A stretch of DNA of 64,000 bases from Diadema antillarum (lineage: Eukaryota). Positions within the stretch are counted from its first letter, which is position 1, and each line of letters begins with the position of its first letter. The position numbers were made by a program, and so were the translations under genes. Below, piece by piece: positions 11,991-26,264 of this stretch. The notes below the pieces were generated by a model. It had not been told where the DNA came from. It made no database searches and worked only from the letters and a program-made list of their open reading frames with translations. Location: NCBI RefSeq assembly GCF_040938485.1, contig NW_027271478.1, forward strand, positions 1,054,001 through 1,118,000, in the 5' to 3' direction.

Positions 11991-12717
11991 CACTACAATG
12001 TTGTTCTTTTTCTATATGCCAAAGTAAACTTACAGGAAAGCATGTCCGCGTGTATTTTGTTGAGATTACTAAAGTCGCCATGTCCATATTCTCTTTCTTT
12101 GATTAGGTAAACTTATAAGGCTGAAGTATAAAAGGAGGGTTAGCATACATTGATGGAATACTGCAAAAAGCATGGTATATTGCGAGTGATGTAGGCTATA
12201 GTAAGAGGAGAAAGTATAATCATGCCAAAGAATGGATTATATTTATAGGTATCGAGTTCGTTATGGCGTGTTTATTTATGATGGTGAGTTTTCAACCCCC
12301 CCCCCCCCCCCCCCATTGTCTAGTCCTTTTCAATATGCCATCAGACAGCTGTTAGCAAATGACAGAGGACATCGTGAACAAAGAGATAGAGAGTTATACA
12401 TATAATGCCTAAAATCATAGCTATATAGCCTCTTGGCACTGGGCAGGCTTCGTGGTTTTCGGATTATATTCCACACCGTGTTCCTATAAAATGGCGATAA
12501 AGGCGAGGGAAGTGGTAAATGCGCAACCTTTATAGCGAAATGTGGCAAAGTTTAAACGATTATATGTAAAAAAGAAATGGCATTATTTACAAAGCACGTG
12601 ATGCAAACAATGTAATAGTCTCATTTTTACTATATCATCACTCTTTCGCATCCATTGGGAAGACACGCGTGTGTTGTTCCCTCTTTCCGTTGAGCCTTTA
12701 TTGATGCTTTGTCTTAA

Positions 12718-13286
12718 AGGACAAGTTCACCTTCATAAACATAAGGATTGAGAAAATGCAACAATATTAGTAGAACACATCAGTGAAAGTTTGAGGAAAA
12801 TTGGACAATCGATGCAAAAGTTATGAATTTTTTAATTTTCTGTGTTGGAACCGCTGGATGAGGAGACTACTACAGCTTGTGAGTCATATGCGTACAACAG
12901 TATAAAGAAAATGTAAAAGTAAATTCAACACATTTTCACTTTTTTCGCATAATAAAAGAGCACTTGACTTGCCTCTTTCTTAAGGCAGGGGGAATAATAT
13001 TACCCATAACATTTGTCGGTAACGATTCAGAGGAATGTGTACTTTTTTCAAAAGATAGAATTTTGTGAAATTCTCTTAATATTTTCCTTATATTGTTGTA
13101 CGCATGTGACATCTAAGTTATTCATACACTGCAGTAGTCCTCTCATCCAGCGAGTGCTGCACAAAAACTTCAAAAATTCATAACTTTTGAACGGATTGTC
13201 TGATTTTCCTCAAACTTTCAATGATGTGTTCTACTAATATTGCTACATTCTCTCAATCCTTATGTTTATGAAGGTGAACTTGTCCT
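12718..13286. mobile_element. Kolobok-type MITE, 569 bp
   Basis: TTAA TSD and long TIRs starting AGGACAAGTTCACCTTCATAAACATAAGG. A copy of the same length lies in the opposite orientation at 33647-34215. Confidence 0.85.
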
Positions 13287-14975
13287 TTAAGGTGTATAAG
13301 ATCTGCATACCTATAGTGTAGGCTGATCGATCAATAAGCTTAGTTAATTGCTGATTAGCTGCTGTAATAGTTCAGAAAAGAAATCGAGGAGAAAACAATG
13401 GTAACCTTTAATCAAAAAAAGAAAAGAATCACAATCCAAGTTCGTAAAGGTCCTGTGGGGAACTCAAAGTCCTCGTGCTTCCACCCTTTGCCTAGCCTTT
13501 AGTCTCAAATAAGACGAGTATGTTAGAATTCTAACAAATCATGAGACTATAGTTTCCAAAAGCGCACTGGGTTGAGGGAAATGATTGTCACGAGGCGTGG
13601 GTATGATTCCCCAGGGACTGTGAAGTGTCATAATATTGCAACGAGAGAAAAGACAATATCATTACATAGTTTGTATTATGTTACGGTCGACATGGATACG
13701 TATCATTTCATAGGCCCGACGGTAGCCATTCACATTCTGGAATTATAACCTGACTTGACGTCACTGCTCGCATTACAAAACTAACTATCATCGCTGCATC
13801 GGTCACGTGATTGCATTTTGACCAATCACCGACAAGTATGTATTCATGCAAACCATGCATTATTGATAAACGGATAATTGCCTTTTTAGAGGTGTTATCG
13901 AGTACTTCGATCGCAACGCGAGGGGGTTATATTTCCCCGTATAGAGATTACTTCCCGAAGTGCTCAGCGCTGAAAGAAAATATTGTATTGTCTGGAGGGG
14001 GAAAACTATCAAGGGACTGTCACGTGTTACATTACAACAATAGACAAGGCGATATTATTTTATAGAATGGTGTACATAAATACACGTCATTTCATTCTAG
14101 CCCCGTCGGTAGCGTTTGTAAGGTTTGTTTGTTTGTTTGTTTGTTTGTTTGTTTGTTTGTTTGCTTGCTTGCTTGTTGTGGCACTGCTCGCAATATAATG
14201 CTTATGATTCTCGCTGCATGCATTTGTCACGTGAATGCATCATGACCAATCACGATCAGTATACACTGTACATTGTATTATGTAGACCATTAAGATTTAA
14301 TAGAGGGGTCGGCATCATTCGTCCGCTTGGCGCTCTTCTGATTTGTCATGATTTTCGCTCGAAAAATAGGGTAGCAAAATTCGGTAATTCCAATGAAGGC
14401 GTAAATAAAGTAATTTGGGCGCGTATCCAGATGCCCTGTCGATGAATTTTTTGCTCTTTTAATGATTTTTCTCGCTTATCAATCCCCTGTCTGCTCCTTC
14501 AACCACTATAGAGAGAAAGGGACACAAGATCGCAAAGTTGATATATACATGTATGCCATGCCACCCACTCGTGCTAATTTCAGAACTACATGTACACGCC
14601 TGCAATTAAAATGGTAAATACCGTTGTTTCCAACTTTTATAATGGTACCTCTGAAGTGCTGACGAACATTGAATACGATACGAATACATGTATACATAGA
14701 CAGAAAGCACGAGTGCAAAAGTATAGTACCGCAAGTGTCTGGTGCATTCGTGCATTGGTGAAAATGTGCAAGAAATGATTAATACTATCAAATACAGAGT
14801 AGATGTATGACTTAGCCAAAGGCGACGCCAACCAACGAGTGTCAACTGTGTTACACTAAGAGAGCTTACATCCTTGCCGACGCGTATTAAAATGGCAAAA
14901 TGGAGGGGAATGTATGGCACCTCACCAAATTAATGTAAATTCATCGTAGGTAAAGATGACGATCGTTCTTCTTAA

Positions 14976-15142
14976 GGGGAAATCCAGTCCAAATATAAGT
15001 TATTCTGATAAAAAAGAGTAAAATCTTTCGCGTTCAAAAATTTGACTGAAATCGGATGATAAATAAGGAAGTTATGACATTTAGAAGTTTTGCTAATTTA
15101 TGCGAATGAGTGAGCTAACCATATTTGGACTGGATTTTCCCT
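14976..15142. mobile_element. Kolobok-type MITE, 167 bp
   Basis: TTAA TSD, with TIR GGGGAAATCCAGTCCAAATAT / ATATTTGGACTGGATTTTCCCT. Confidence 0.8.
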
Positions 15143-15437
15143 TTAAGGTGTGAGAACTAGAGCTGTACCGGGTCTCTAAGCTTCAATTTCCTTTAGATCA
15201 CTACCAAATTGCTTGCAATAAAGCAAAGATGTATTCTATGATATACGTTCTGTTTTGATGGAGCAATAAACATGCTGTTTGATTAAATATTGCTGTCGTC
15301 GGTGTCCATTCTGTAACCGTTTGATTAATAAACAAATGCGGTCTGCTCCTTGATATGCTGATGCACCCTAAAGACTCGACTGAGCTAGTCGATCGTCATT
15401 GTCGTTTCTTTGTCATTTCGATGAGTGATATTGTTAA

Positions 15438-15689
15438 ATGATAATAATAACAATGATAAGGTCCTATTTACCCATAGCCTCTTCAGTGTTGCCAGTACTC
15501 TACCAGAGGGCCCTGCCATTATTATTACGCTAGCGTTGACAGGTACCCATTTATACGCCTTGGTCGAGAAGGACACGGTGACTAAAAAACATCTTGTCCA
15601 AGGACATAAGCACTGGGCGGGAATCGAACTCGGGTCCTCCGATCGGGAGTCGGGAGTCTTATCCGCGACCACTATGCCACAGCGCCCCC
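15438..15689 (-). mobile_element. tRNA-derived SINE
   Basis: The head GGGGGCGCTGTGGCATAGTGGTCGCG...GAGTTCGATTCCCG contains A and B boxes. The central segment is GTCCTTGGACAAG...GTATAAATGGGTACC, followed by an (ATT)-rich tail. Confidence 0.88.
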
Positions 15690-17130
15690 TTACATTATAG
15701 CAGATAAGCCGAAAATTTGTGCAAAATTTGACTAAAGCATGAAACTTTCACCAGTGTTAGTACATGTTATAAGATTCAATTTAAGATCGGGAGGTAAGTC
15801 TGAATTGACCTCTGATGACCTCCAAAGGTCAATGACCTCAAAATTTGATAAGAATTGATATTTTGCTTCATTGATTAATGTATAAATACGGTAATGATGT
15901 GCTAAAAACTCATTTTTGTTACAGTGGAATTGTCTTCATGCTCCATAGAACCCTGACAGGTTTCTACCTTTGACCTCTGATGACCTCCAGAGGTCAATGA
16001 CCTCAAAATGTGATAATTTTTTTTTATTTTGCGTCATTGGTTAATGTTAAATGTGGTAATGATGTACTAAAAACTCATTCTTGTTACAGTGGAATTGTCT
16101 TCATGTTCCATAGATCCTTACAGGTTTCTACCTTTGACCTCTAATGACCTCCGAGGTCAATGACCTCAAATTATCAGAATTTTGATATTTGGTGCAATTG
16201 GTTGATAATAAACATAACGATGTCCTAAAAATTCATTTGTGTTACAACTGAATCGTTTTCCTATTCCTCTGCGGCCTCTGAGGACTGTGACAGGTCAATG
16301 ACCTCAAAATATCAAAATATTGATATTTGATGTATATTCAGTGGTTAACTGTTTACCTGGTGTGCAATCATGCATTATGCTATTAGCATTTATACCACAA
16401 GAAGTGTCTTCTCATTCCACAGAACATTGGTCATTACCCTGTATATATCCAACTTTGACCTCTAAGGACAACGTGAGGTCAGACTTTTAGAATATCAAAA
16501 TTTGTGTAGGATTGCAAATATTGATGTTTGGCTTCATTGGTTTAATCCTAAATGGTTAATCATGTACAAATCACGCCTTGACGTTATACTAGTAATCAAA
16601 GTATGTATGCACATTCCACAAAGCATTGGTTCATAGTAACAGGTCTCAAGAATGTGAGCGGTCAATTACAAATGAAGCTTACGTGTCTTCAATGATGGCA
16701 GTGACCTCAAATATAATATTCATATTTAGGTTAGTTATGCAGACTAGCTTGCATGAAATTATGTGCAACATTACCCAATTTGCACTGGACAAAATTTGTA
16801 CGCTTAAACATGGAAGATGGGGTGAGGAGTACCATATTTTGGGTTGATGCTTAATAGTTTGTGAACAGGCATATGGCAAAGTCCCTTGAACTGGATGAAA
16901 GGGTGACAGATGCTAACCACAAAACAACACGCCCACCTCATCAGATGTACGCCACGAGTCAAACAACCGGAGTCGTACAGCCCATGAGTTACGCAGCCCA
17001 CGAGTCATACATCCCGTGACCTAAAAATTAGACGAACAAGGTCAATGAGCTCGACATCAAATATAGTAGGTCCACAAGCTGTGCGGTCCTCGAGCTCGAC
17101 ACTCGAGGAAAACAAGGCCCACGAGATTAA

Positions 17131-17511
17131 AGGGATTGTACAGTTATGGTTGAGACCTAATTTCGGGTTTCTAACACTTTTTGGTGAGATAATGAGAAAC
17201 CTCTTAGAAAATGTGAAAGAGCATGTAATTCTATGAGGAATTCAACGTTTATTTGATGAAAATTGGTTTTGAAATGGCTGAGATATCAAAAAAGAGCAAT
17301 TCTAACAAAGTGTGGGACCCACACTTTATTACGATTGCTTTGTTTTAGTTTGTTTTTTGATGTTTCAGTCATTCCAAACCCGATCTTCGTCAAATAAACT
17401 TTGAATTCCTCTTAAAATGGTATGTTCTGTACTATATCATAAGTGTTTTCTTGGTATCTCGCAAAAAGTTAAAAACCCAATTCTCATCTCCACCAAAACT
17501 GTACTATCCCT
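17131..17511. mobile_element. Kolobok-type MITE (~390-bp family) nested in the Academ element
   Basis: TTAA|AGGGATTGTACAG...CTGTACTATCCCT|TTAA. Confidence 0.82.
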
Positions 17512-17729
17512 TTAATATATATTACATCAGAAAGCTTAATCTATTCAGTGTAGGTCTTGTGGACCTCCCCCTCCCCCCCCCCCCCCCCCCATGTGTCGGA
17601 CTCTTATGATCCTGGTTTGCCTAAAGTGTCAGGCTCATGGGCAATGCTATCTAGTTTCGAGCTGGCGGGTCTGTGTTGGTCAGTGTCAAGCTCGTGGGCT
17701 GTATGGTTCCGATGAATGACTCATGGTCC

Positions 17730-18120
17730 TGGAGCCTGCAGTGACGTCATGGACCATCTGGAAAGCGACATACTGTGAGGCATAACATGCATTCCACATG
17801 AAGCAACCCTGTCTTGCAACTTGCTATTGTCATCCAATTAAGTTTGGGTCACTACGTCAGGCAATTTGGGGCATTTTTTCAATGACTTGTATAGGTACCT
17901 CAATTCCAAATAGGAGTGGAACTATAGATTTACTCTAAATGTCTTCTTTACGCTCGATACTCCTTAACATTTGCCACGGCCTGATGGCCAAGAGTTGTGC
18001 CCCCATGCCCAAATATTGGTTGTTTCCAATATGGCCGCCATCAGGTTTGCATCCAATGTGTGAATCAGCGGGTAATATCACCTGCATCATCATGATCCGG
18101 TTAAGACTCTCTGCCAGCAA
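17730..18120 (-). pseudogene. Academ-like transposase remnant, fragment A
   Basis: MWNACYASQ (17799-17773) resembles the recalled W-x-AYHASQ motif. SIVPLL upstream resembles the PLP region. Several stops and frameshifts are present. Confidence 0.45.
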
Positions 18121-18144
18121 GACTTAGTGATGATTCAGTGTAAC

Positions 18145-18176
18145 CAAGGAGGTATGAGTTCTCTCATACCTCCTTG
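18145..18176. mobile_element. 32-bp palindromic micro-element, P-like
   Basis: CAAGGAGGTATGAG-TTCT-CTCATACCTCCTTG, with perfect 7-bp TSD GTGTAAC (18138-18144, 18177-18183). Confidence 0.8.
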
Positions 18177-18201
18177 GTGTAACCTACTGAAATTGGTCTA
18201 G

Positions 18202-18480
18202 ATCTATACCCTCGATCTCTTTCTAGACAGGGCAGCATCTGCGTCTTCAGTGAAGCACGCGATTGAGCCTACGTACTTTGCACGGATCGGCAGATCTCCT
18301 CCACGACTAAACTGGATAGACATCCTGAGGTCAGACCAGCGTTCTTATAGGTGCACAGCCAATGTATGGGATCATCAGAGTCTTCCACTGGCAATATCTA
18401 AACAGTTTAGGTGAAGACAAGCTTGTCTCTATGATGAGTGCATTGCACATAGAGTACAGGATGCACGAGATAGAATTGAA
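18202..18480 (+). pseudogene. Academ-like transposase catalytic-core remnant, fragment B
   Basis: IYTLDLFLDRAASASSVKHAIE is followed by GQTSVLIGAQPMYGIIRVFHWQYLNSLGEDKLVSMMSALHIE. This matches the recalled consensus LPLF...KH...NPGQTPV...DQPLYA...W...GEDK...GGLHIE. Not in the ORF track. Confidence 0.7.
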
Positions 18481-21400
18481 AGCTTCTTTTTGACTCACGG
18501 GATAGGCTACAATCCTTTCTCAGGCAGAGGTTCTGAATTATCGGGTCGTGCTCAGTCTGCACACAGTGAGCTGAACACCATATCAGGTATGCGTGTGTAA
18601 TGATTGTATGTAATAATATGGGAAAAATGCATGGAAAAATCAAAAAACATGTTTATGTATTTTACGTGGAATCAGTTCCTGTCTTTTGTCTTGGCAGAAA
18701 TGCATCAATCTTGCAATGTTGTTGTTTATTATTTTCCCTCGATCTCCATCACGAGTATAATGGAACGTGTTGATCAAAGTTTTTGTGATGTCGGAAAATG
18801 CGAGGCTGAATTGCAGGTGGCCTATTGCAGGTGGCCTTCAATATGGTTTTCTGGCATGTTTAACAGACTAACTCACCAAGACGCCTCTTGAAATGTTTTG
18901 AAAAACTTCTGCTTGATTTGACATGAGCGGATGATTATCAGTTGTCTTTCTGCTATCATCTTGTGTGAAACAAAGTATTGTTTCTCTTCAAAAGATAGCG
19001 TGCCAATTAATCTGCACTTACTGTTGGTGCTCTATCGGCCCTATAAGACATTCAAACCCACCTTCAGCCCCACTAACAATGTGAAACAGATATCCGTAGG
19101 CGTTGTGGTATGTAGACGTGGTAGAGCGAGACTTCTCTTCTCTTTTCTTTTCCCCACTAACAAACAAGTTTAGCAGGAAACATAGAAGCATTCGCACATA
19201 CTATTTACATTTCCTATCACATGCTTTTAACATTGGAATTTTCATGTACAAATTTTGCCTGGAAAAGAATTACCAAGAACTTTTCAACACAATACATGTT
19301 CAAAAGAAGTCATTTGGTTCACACATGTATATGATTTATATGGGCCTACTTATCACTGTCCACGTACTCGAACAATTTTCGCTAAAGATACAAGTATGTT
19401 CACAAGACTGCAAACAGTAGAATGATTTTCCCCTTAACATATCAGACTACTACATCTCTTAAAATGTCTTCAAACGTAAATTAAAGTCATTCCTCTTAAA
19501 TGATTACTCTCGGTCGACGAATGAGGTCCTCGTCTGCATGTCATAGGCGAACTCGTCAGTGTGACTGGGCCGTCCGTTGAGCGGTCTGCCGTCACGCTGT
19601 CAGTATTCTCTTCGTCACCATCACTCTCCACTTTGTATCAGTCTGACAGGACGCTTCGACATCTCCGATGACACCAGTTGACTATTTGGAGTTTGTAATT
19701 GCACTCCAAATTGAAGTAAACCAAAGTTTTGTCTTATCGTGACTCATAGTTTTTCCTAATGTCCTGCTGCTCGCCGGTTCAGTCATGACAGTCAGGTCCT
19801 CATCACATTCACAGCGTAGGTCGATGGTGCATTCAACGTCGATAAAGATTACTTGGTTGACTAGGAGGGGGGCATGATGTATCAAGAAAGGGGAACTCCT
19901 GACTTTATCTCTGTGGTCTCCAACTATTCTCAAAGTTCCTCAAAATTCCAAAATACTCTGCAGCCTTTGCTTCACTACATAGTGTGAAGCCGCTCCCACT
20001 GTGCTTGCCACTCTAACTGATTTTTCGGCTGAGACATATTTTTTTAATAACTAATTTACCTAAAAACTTTCTTTCCCTAAAGCATTTCATTGGCTCAATC
20101 TTATACAATACATGTATTGGGGTGTGGTGTTCACTATAGAAATTAATTCCTTACTGGTCAAATGTTCAATTTGCTCCTCCTATTCGTTTCTGTGAAAACT
20201 CAATTTTCTATGATTCATCTCAATTTCTGATTAACTCGCCCACTGTCTTTTAGTTTCTTCATTCACTTGTTCTCTGTAACCACTGGTAAAGACTTTATTG
20301 TTTTTTAGATATCAAAACGATAAACCAAATGAAAATTAGTGTCCTTATATGGCAACCAACGTCATCATTGTTCTGGGTCATTATCCTTGAATTTGTCTTT
20401 GGAGTTCCTGTTTGACCCACTCCACTAAACAATAAATGTTAAAATAGAGGGATAAATTCTAGCAGGAGGGCCACCTTCCAGCTCAGAGGGTCATTTATGT
20501 TTGGGGATCAGAGGGCAAAAACACGTCATCACGTCATTCCCCGTAATTTGGCGCGGGGCTTTGGGGATGGAGAGTGCTGACCGCTAGCGGGGAAAGTAGC
20601 CAACATCAAACTCATAAATTCCTATGCCCATATGCTTTTCTTGGAAGAGTGGTTGTGACCACAAAAAAGAAAGAAAGAAAGGAAATAACTGGAAGGAAGA
20701 TAAACAGTTTCATAAACTCCAAGAAGGGGAAAAGACTGAGCATATATTGACCTCACAGGGTGTCTAGGAAATCGACTGCAGTGTTCTGTTTTCTTTTACT
20801 CTTCATCCTATTCTATTCTATTCTATTCTATTTTGTTCTTTATTATAAACATGTGCTAGTAGCCATGGGTTACAATTGTGTTTGTTTTGTACATCCTCTA
20901 AAGGTCACCAGAGGTCAAAGGTAGAGCCCTATCTGTGCTCTTTGGAATATGAAGACAATTTGTTGCAAAACAGGTATGCTTGTTTTGTACATCTTAACCA
21001 TGTTTATCATTAACTAATGACACCACAGATCAATATCATGATATTCTGAGGTCATTGACCTCTAAAAGGTCACCAGAGGTCAGAGTTCGAAACCTGTCTT
21101 TGCTCTTTAGAATATGAAGACAGTTTCATTGCAACACTGATATGCTTGTTTTGCACATCTTAACCATGTTTATCATTAACTAATAACATTACAGATCAAT
21201 ATTATGGTATTTTGAGGTCATTGACCTCTAAAGGTCATCAGAGGTCAAAGGAAAAAACCTGTCAATGTCCAGTGGAATCAGATTTGTAGTACAAATGCAT
21301 ATTTAGTGCAGCGTAACCAAGATCTAAGCCTATCATTCACAAATGCCTCCAAACATCAATATTCTGATATTCAAAGTTCATTGACCTCTGGAGGTCATCA

Positions 21401-22752
21401 GAGGTCAAATCAGACTTACCTCCCGATCTTAAAATGAATCTTATGGTATGTACTAACACTGGTGAAAGTTTCATACTTTAATCAAATTTTGCACAATTCT
21501 CATGATTTTGAGGGCGTAACCGCTCTACTGTTATAGAAAATGCTGCGAGAAATTGTTTGCTAAAATCTAATCATCATTTGCGACGGATTGTTGATTTGCA
21601 GTTTCTGACAGTATTTTTTATTTCATATTTTGTGTATCGAATTGATAGCAGAAACAAAGTTTAAACATACATACACAAACACACAAACAAACATATCGGA
21701 AAATTGTTTAAAAATGTGTGTTGATTGTCTAACGAGATGGAGTTAAAAAGACACGAAAGAACACTTATAAAACGTCTACTATAGTAGCGTAAGTTCAATA
21801 TACATGATGGTAGCAACCATTGTTTCTCTGTACGGAGTTTTCTCACATTACTTATTTTAAATCATATACATTATTTGATTTTAAAGAAATCAACATAATT
21901 ATTAAGCAACAGTAACAGTCAGTAAATATCGACAACAGGCATGAAAAATCAACATATCGATTCAGGGTACTTTCAAGGTGTTGCGTTGGAGCACTGCTAT
22001 AAGGTGAATTACAAAGAAACTTATACAGTAATCTATGTTATATAATTTATTTATCCATTAGAATTTATTATCTCGATTATCCTGTCATTGTCGTCTTATA
22101 TGTTCATATCAAAATGCATCACATGAGTTATATATACGTATTTAAGAAATAGACACAACGTTGTGTGTGAACAAACATTTCATTGTATCTTAAGATTGTT
22201 ACAGGTGGAGGGGACCGTTTTCAACAAGCACTTTGCTTGACTTGAATAACGGCTTTTGCGCAACGAATATAGCGGTGTCTTATTATTCTCCCTTTGAAGG
22301 GACACTACACATACACTCAAAATAATGGGCAACATGAACTGTGAGTATTTTTTTTATTCATTTTAATGGCCGAAGAGGGCAACACAGAGAAATATAACAA
22401 GACAGAAACGAAATTAGGCGACGAAGAATGAGGGAATACCTGAAAAGGGAAAAGCTTAGAGAAGAGAAGGGATAGTAAAAGTGTCCAGTAGTTTGGAGCA
22501 ATACAAGAAAAGAAAACTGACATTATCCATGAATCGTTATTTTAAAAAAAAAAAGTGGCATGGTGAATGACTGCTTGTATGAGACCAAGGATGATAAATT
22601 GGACCATCCATTTATATTGTCACCATGGGCACGATGGGGTGTGATGCTCAGAGAACGATCCATTATCATGCCATCACCATAGAAATTCGATGCTCGAAGG
22701 ACCATCCATAATCGCCACAGAGGTTCTACGCCGGAAGGGCCATCCATATTAA

Positions 22753-23140
22753 AGGGATGGTATAGCTTTGGTTTAGATGAGAGGTACAGTTTTTATCTGT
22801 TTGCGAGATAATTAGAAACCATGTAGTATATGGAATATTTAAGACCATATAGAGGAATTCAAAGTCATTTGAAAAATTGGTTTTGAAATGGCTGAGATAT
22901 CCAAAAACAAAGTAAGACAAAGTTTTAGTGGTCCTAGTAAAAGGTGGGACCCACCTATTATTAAGATCTCTTTGTTTTTTGGATATCTCAACCATTTCAA
23001 AGCCAATTTTCATCAAATGAACTTTTAATCTCTCTTAGAATAATGCTCTTTAATATTCATATCAGTAGTTTTCTAATCATCTCGCAAAATGTTAAAAACT
23101 GAATCCCGGTCTCAACCAAAACTGTTCTTATACCATCCCT
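22753..23140. mobile_element. Kolobok-type MITE (~390-bp family)
   Basis: TTAA|AGGGATGGTATAG...TATACCATCCCT|TTAA. Confidence 0.85.
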
Positions 23141-24135
23141 TTAATACGTTATCACCATAGAGACTCGACTCCCGAGGGACCATCGATGTTATGACCAGAT
23201 CCGGTGCCCGAAGGACTATCCATATTCTATACGTTTTCACCTTAGAGATTCGATGCTTATATGAATGACCATCCTTAATTGATAGATATTCACTTGGGCA
23301 ATTATGCATCATATATATAGTTATAACGTCTGCAGCATCTATACACCACTTTATAAGATATACAGTCTACATCCTCACTTAATTCTTGCTAGAAATTGTG
23401 GGCTCGAGGAAACACTGTACGCGTTCTGTAGAAAATTAGCACCGAGTACCTCTCAGGTACAGCAAGTATGAACATCCTGTAATGTTGTTTTCTCTCTAAA
23501 TTCACATGCCGTATACTTTAAACCACGCAGGGAACAATGTAATGTTGATGTAATTACTAAAGTTCATAGTATAGCTACATGCTAGATATTCTTATGATAG
23601 CGACAATGGATGATAGTCGAATATATAAACAGGAAGGTTTTCTACAGGATACCTTTCACATCGTAGAGCATGTGACATTGCTCTTTCACTCTTCACGCCA
23701 TGACGAATTATTTGCGTACAATGCATCTTTTATGGTGTCAGATTAACTTTCAGTGGAAAATAAAAGTTTGCTTTTCATTTAGAATGATATATAGACCTCC
23801 CTATACAGACTCCGCGAAATTTCCCTTCCTGTTCATTTCCTTTAATTGTTTTCGACCGAAGCACATGTTTTAACCAATGCCATTTGACTTTTTTACCAAG
23901 TGAGTGGATCTGCTGTATTTATAGACTTTTTTAGCTGTTATTTCGTGTGAGTTTTTTTTTTCCACACTTGTTTCCTGTGTTGATAATTTTCTTCCGCCTC
24001 TCTTGCCAGCTACACAGTACTGATTTATTCATCAAGCCGAATTCTTGCCCATGTCAACTCGCAACACCAATTGAAAGCAAAAGGAGATTCTGCAGGACAA
24101 TGGGTACTCAACGTAACCACAACAGCTGTGAAGGT

Positions 24136-24313
24136 AGTCTAGCTTCTGGACTCTTTTTACTCGTAGCCGTGATTGTACGCGACAAGCCGTATGAGGGCGT
24201 GACACCCGAGGATTGCGATACCCGAGTCTAGCTTCTGGACTCTTTTTACTCGTAGCCGTGATTGTACGCGACAAGCCGTATGAGGGCGTGACACCCGAGG
24301 ATTGCGATACCCG
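24136..24313 (+). repeat. Exact 89-bp tandem duplication at the left end of the 9.27-kb element
   Basis: The unit AGTCTAGCTTCTGGACTC...GCGATACCCG starts at 24136 and again at 24225. Confidence 0.92.
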
Positions 24314-24498
24314 AGAAAAAAGAGTCCAGTAAAATACTTTCGCCGCCGCCGGGTCGAGCAGGGTCAAGAGGTCACGCTAAAGTGGTCATGAATATTCATG
24401 AGTCGCAGTCAATCAGACAGTTTTACTAGCTAATGAGAATACCAGCTGATCGCACTCCCGCTGGGAGTGTGTGGTAGTGCTGCCCACCTCCAATACAC

Positions 24499-24519
24499 CA
24501 TGGAGCTACTAGCTCCATG
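24499..24519. mobile_element. 21-bp palindromic micro-element, P-like
   Basis: CATGGAGCTA-C-TAGCTCCATG, with flanks AATACAC / ACTACAC (6 of 7 identical). Confidence 0.6.
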
Positions 24520-26132
24520 ACTACACTACAGCATTGTCCACCAACACCCCAAAATAGGGAGTTTTGTTCTGAAGTTGAGCCCACTACTTCGACCGCCAGC
24601 TCATCATACTGCACTATGTAGGCCTACGTGCTTTCTTTATGCATGATGAGAGACAAGCTGCCCATTCCATGATTTCACGAAGTCATCATATATACAAAGT
24701 CTTTACATAAAATCAAGGAAATTCCAAAGACTCTCACAATTATGTAGCTATTTATGTATAAAAGAGAAGTAAAGTCTGTGTGTCTTATGAGAGAGAAGTC
24801 TTTTCATGAAACGTAGCCTCCATCCAAATAGGGGAGGTGCATTGTACCACGATTTATGATACGATGAAAAAAAAAATGTTTCATTGGACATTATACTACC
24901 ATAGGCTTATTGCAGATTACAGACTTTATTTTAGATTGATTCCTCCGAGAATAACAGAATGACATCGGTAAAAGGGTCAATCCCACTATATCCGCTAAAA
25001 TATGTGATCTTCATATACATGACTTCTGATCCCGTGTCACAGAAGTCATATTTTTGGTAAAGCAACTCTAGCAAAGATATTAAAAACCAGACCCCCCCCC
25101 CCCTCAAAAAAATTTTAATCATTATTATCATTACAAAATATCAAATGTAGGAACCAGATTCATATAGTCGATCGTGCCCAAATAGATTTTTGTCTTTAAA
25201 AGCCTGATTGTAGATAGGAATTAAAAAATTGTCATGGTCAACAAAGGCAAGTGAAATTCATTGGATTGCGCCTGCGGGTAGGATAACGAAGAGGTTCGTG
25301 TTTTTGTTATTGTCTTTTTTATATATAGATCGAGTTATATACAGACGGATTTCACTGACGAATTCCATAAGGTATTTTAAGATTCAACGAAACATAATAC
25401 CCTGCCATGAGATTTCTCCTCAAGGATTATGACAGCCTTATAGCTCAACTGCAAGGAACTCCTTCCATATCTCACTATAGAACACATTAAAGTAACTTTA
25501 TTATCTCACTTCCATGGAAAAGTGCAGGTGAGAAACGTATACGTTACGAAAACTCACTCCCTGGCCAACATAACTCGCAGGATTCATCCAATTATAAACT
25601 CAAACGCTCAAGGGAATTTATTCATAGTAACAACTTTCATATATAGTCAAACTACTTCATCTAAACGTAAAAGCAACATTATTCCTTGCGTCCTTTTACC
25701 AAAACACTTGTGGCTTGCCTTTAAAACAGATTATACTGATAGTGCAGCTATATTCGCGGGAAATATGGTGCTGGTTAAAATGGTGCGTTCTTCCAAAGGT
25801 TCTTTATTCAGAAAGCTGTGTCTGTTATTCCGAAGGTTCGCTTATTCGAAAATAAACTATTGCTCACTATTTTTTTTTCTGATAATGAAACAATGTTCAT
25901 TAGCCAAAACTTAAAAGAAGGGTTTGTAGTTATGTACTTGTAATTAATAGCACACTTAACCATCACAACAATACCCGTCGTTATTATCACACGGCATGTG
26001 CTGATACGTGGCGATAACAATATGCCAATTCTTTTAGTTTTATTACCCACGCCGATGTAATCGGCAGGGGGTTATGTAAAGGGTTCCGTATGTTTGTTTG
26101 TTACCCACGCCGATGAAAATCGGCAGGGGGTT

Positions 26133-26264
26133 NNNNNNNNNNNNNNNNNNNNNNNNNNNNNNNNNNNNNNNNNNNNNNNNNNNNNNNNNNNNNNNNNNNN
26201 NNNNNNNNNNNNNNNNNNNNNNNNNNNNNNNNNNNNNNNNNNNNNNNNNNNNNNNNNNNNNNNN
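26133..26264. other. Assembly gap (132 N)
   Basis: Run of N inside the repeat array. Confidence 0.99.

Larger units (their letters stand above)
15693..21530. mobile_element. Decayed Academ-superfamily DNA transposon (5838 bp) with long tandem-repeat TIR arms
   Basis: Ends are CA...TG with a 3-bp TSD TTA (15690-15692, 21531-21533). Arms at ~15693-16500 and ~20900-21530 are inverted copies built from TGACCTCTGATGACCTC/GAGGTCA units. Transposase-like remnants lie inside. Confidence 0.75.

Noticed and set aside
15610-15689. Functional tRNA gene
   Set aside because: It continues into a SINE body and tail, with no clean cloverleaf or T-run terminator.
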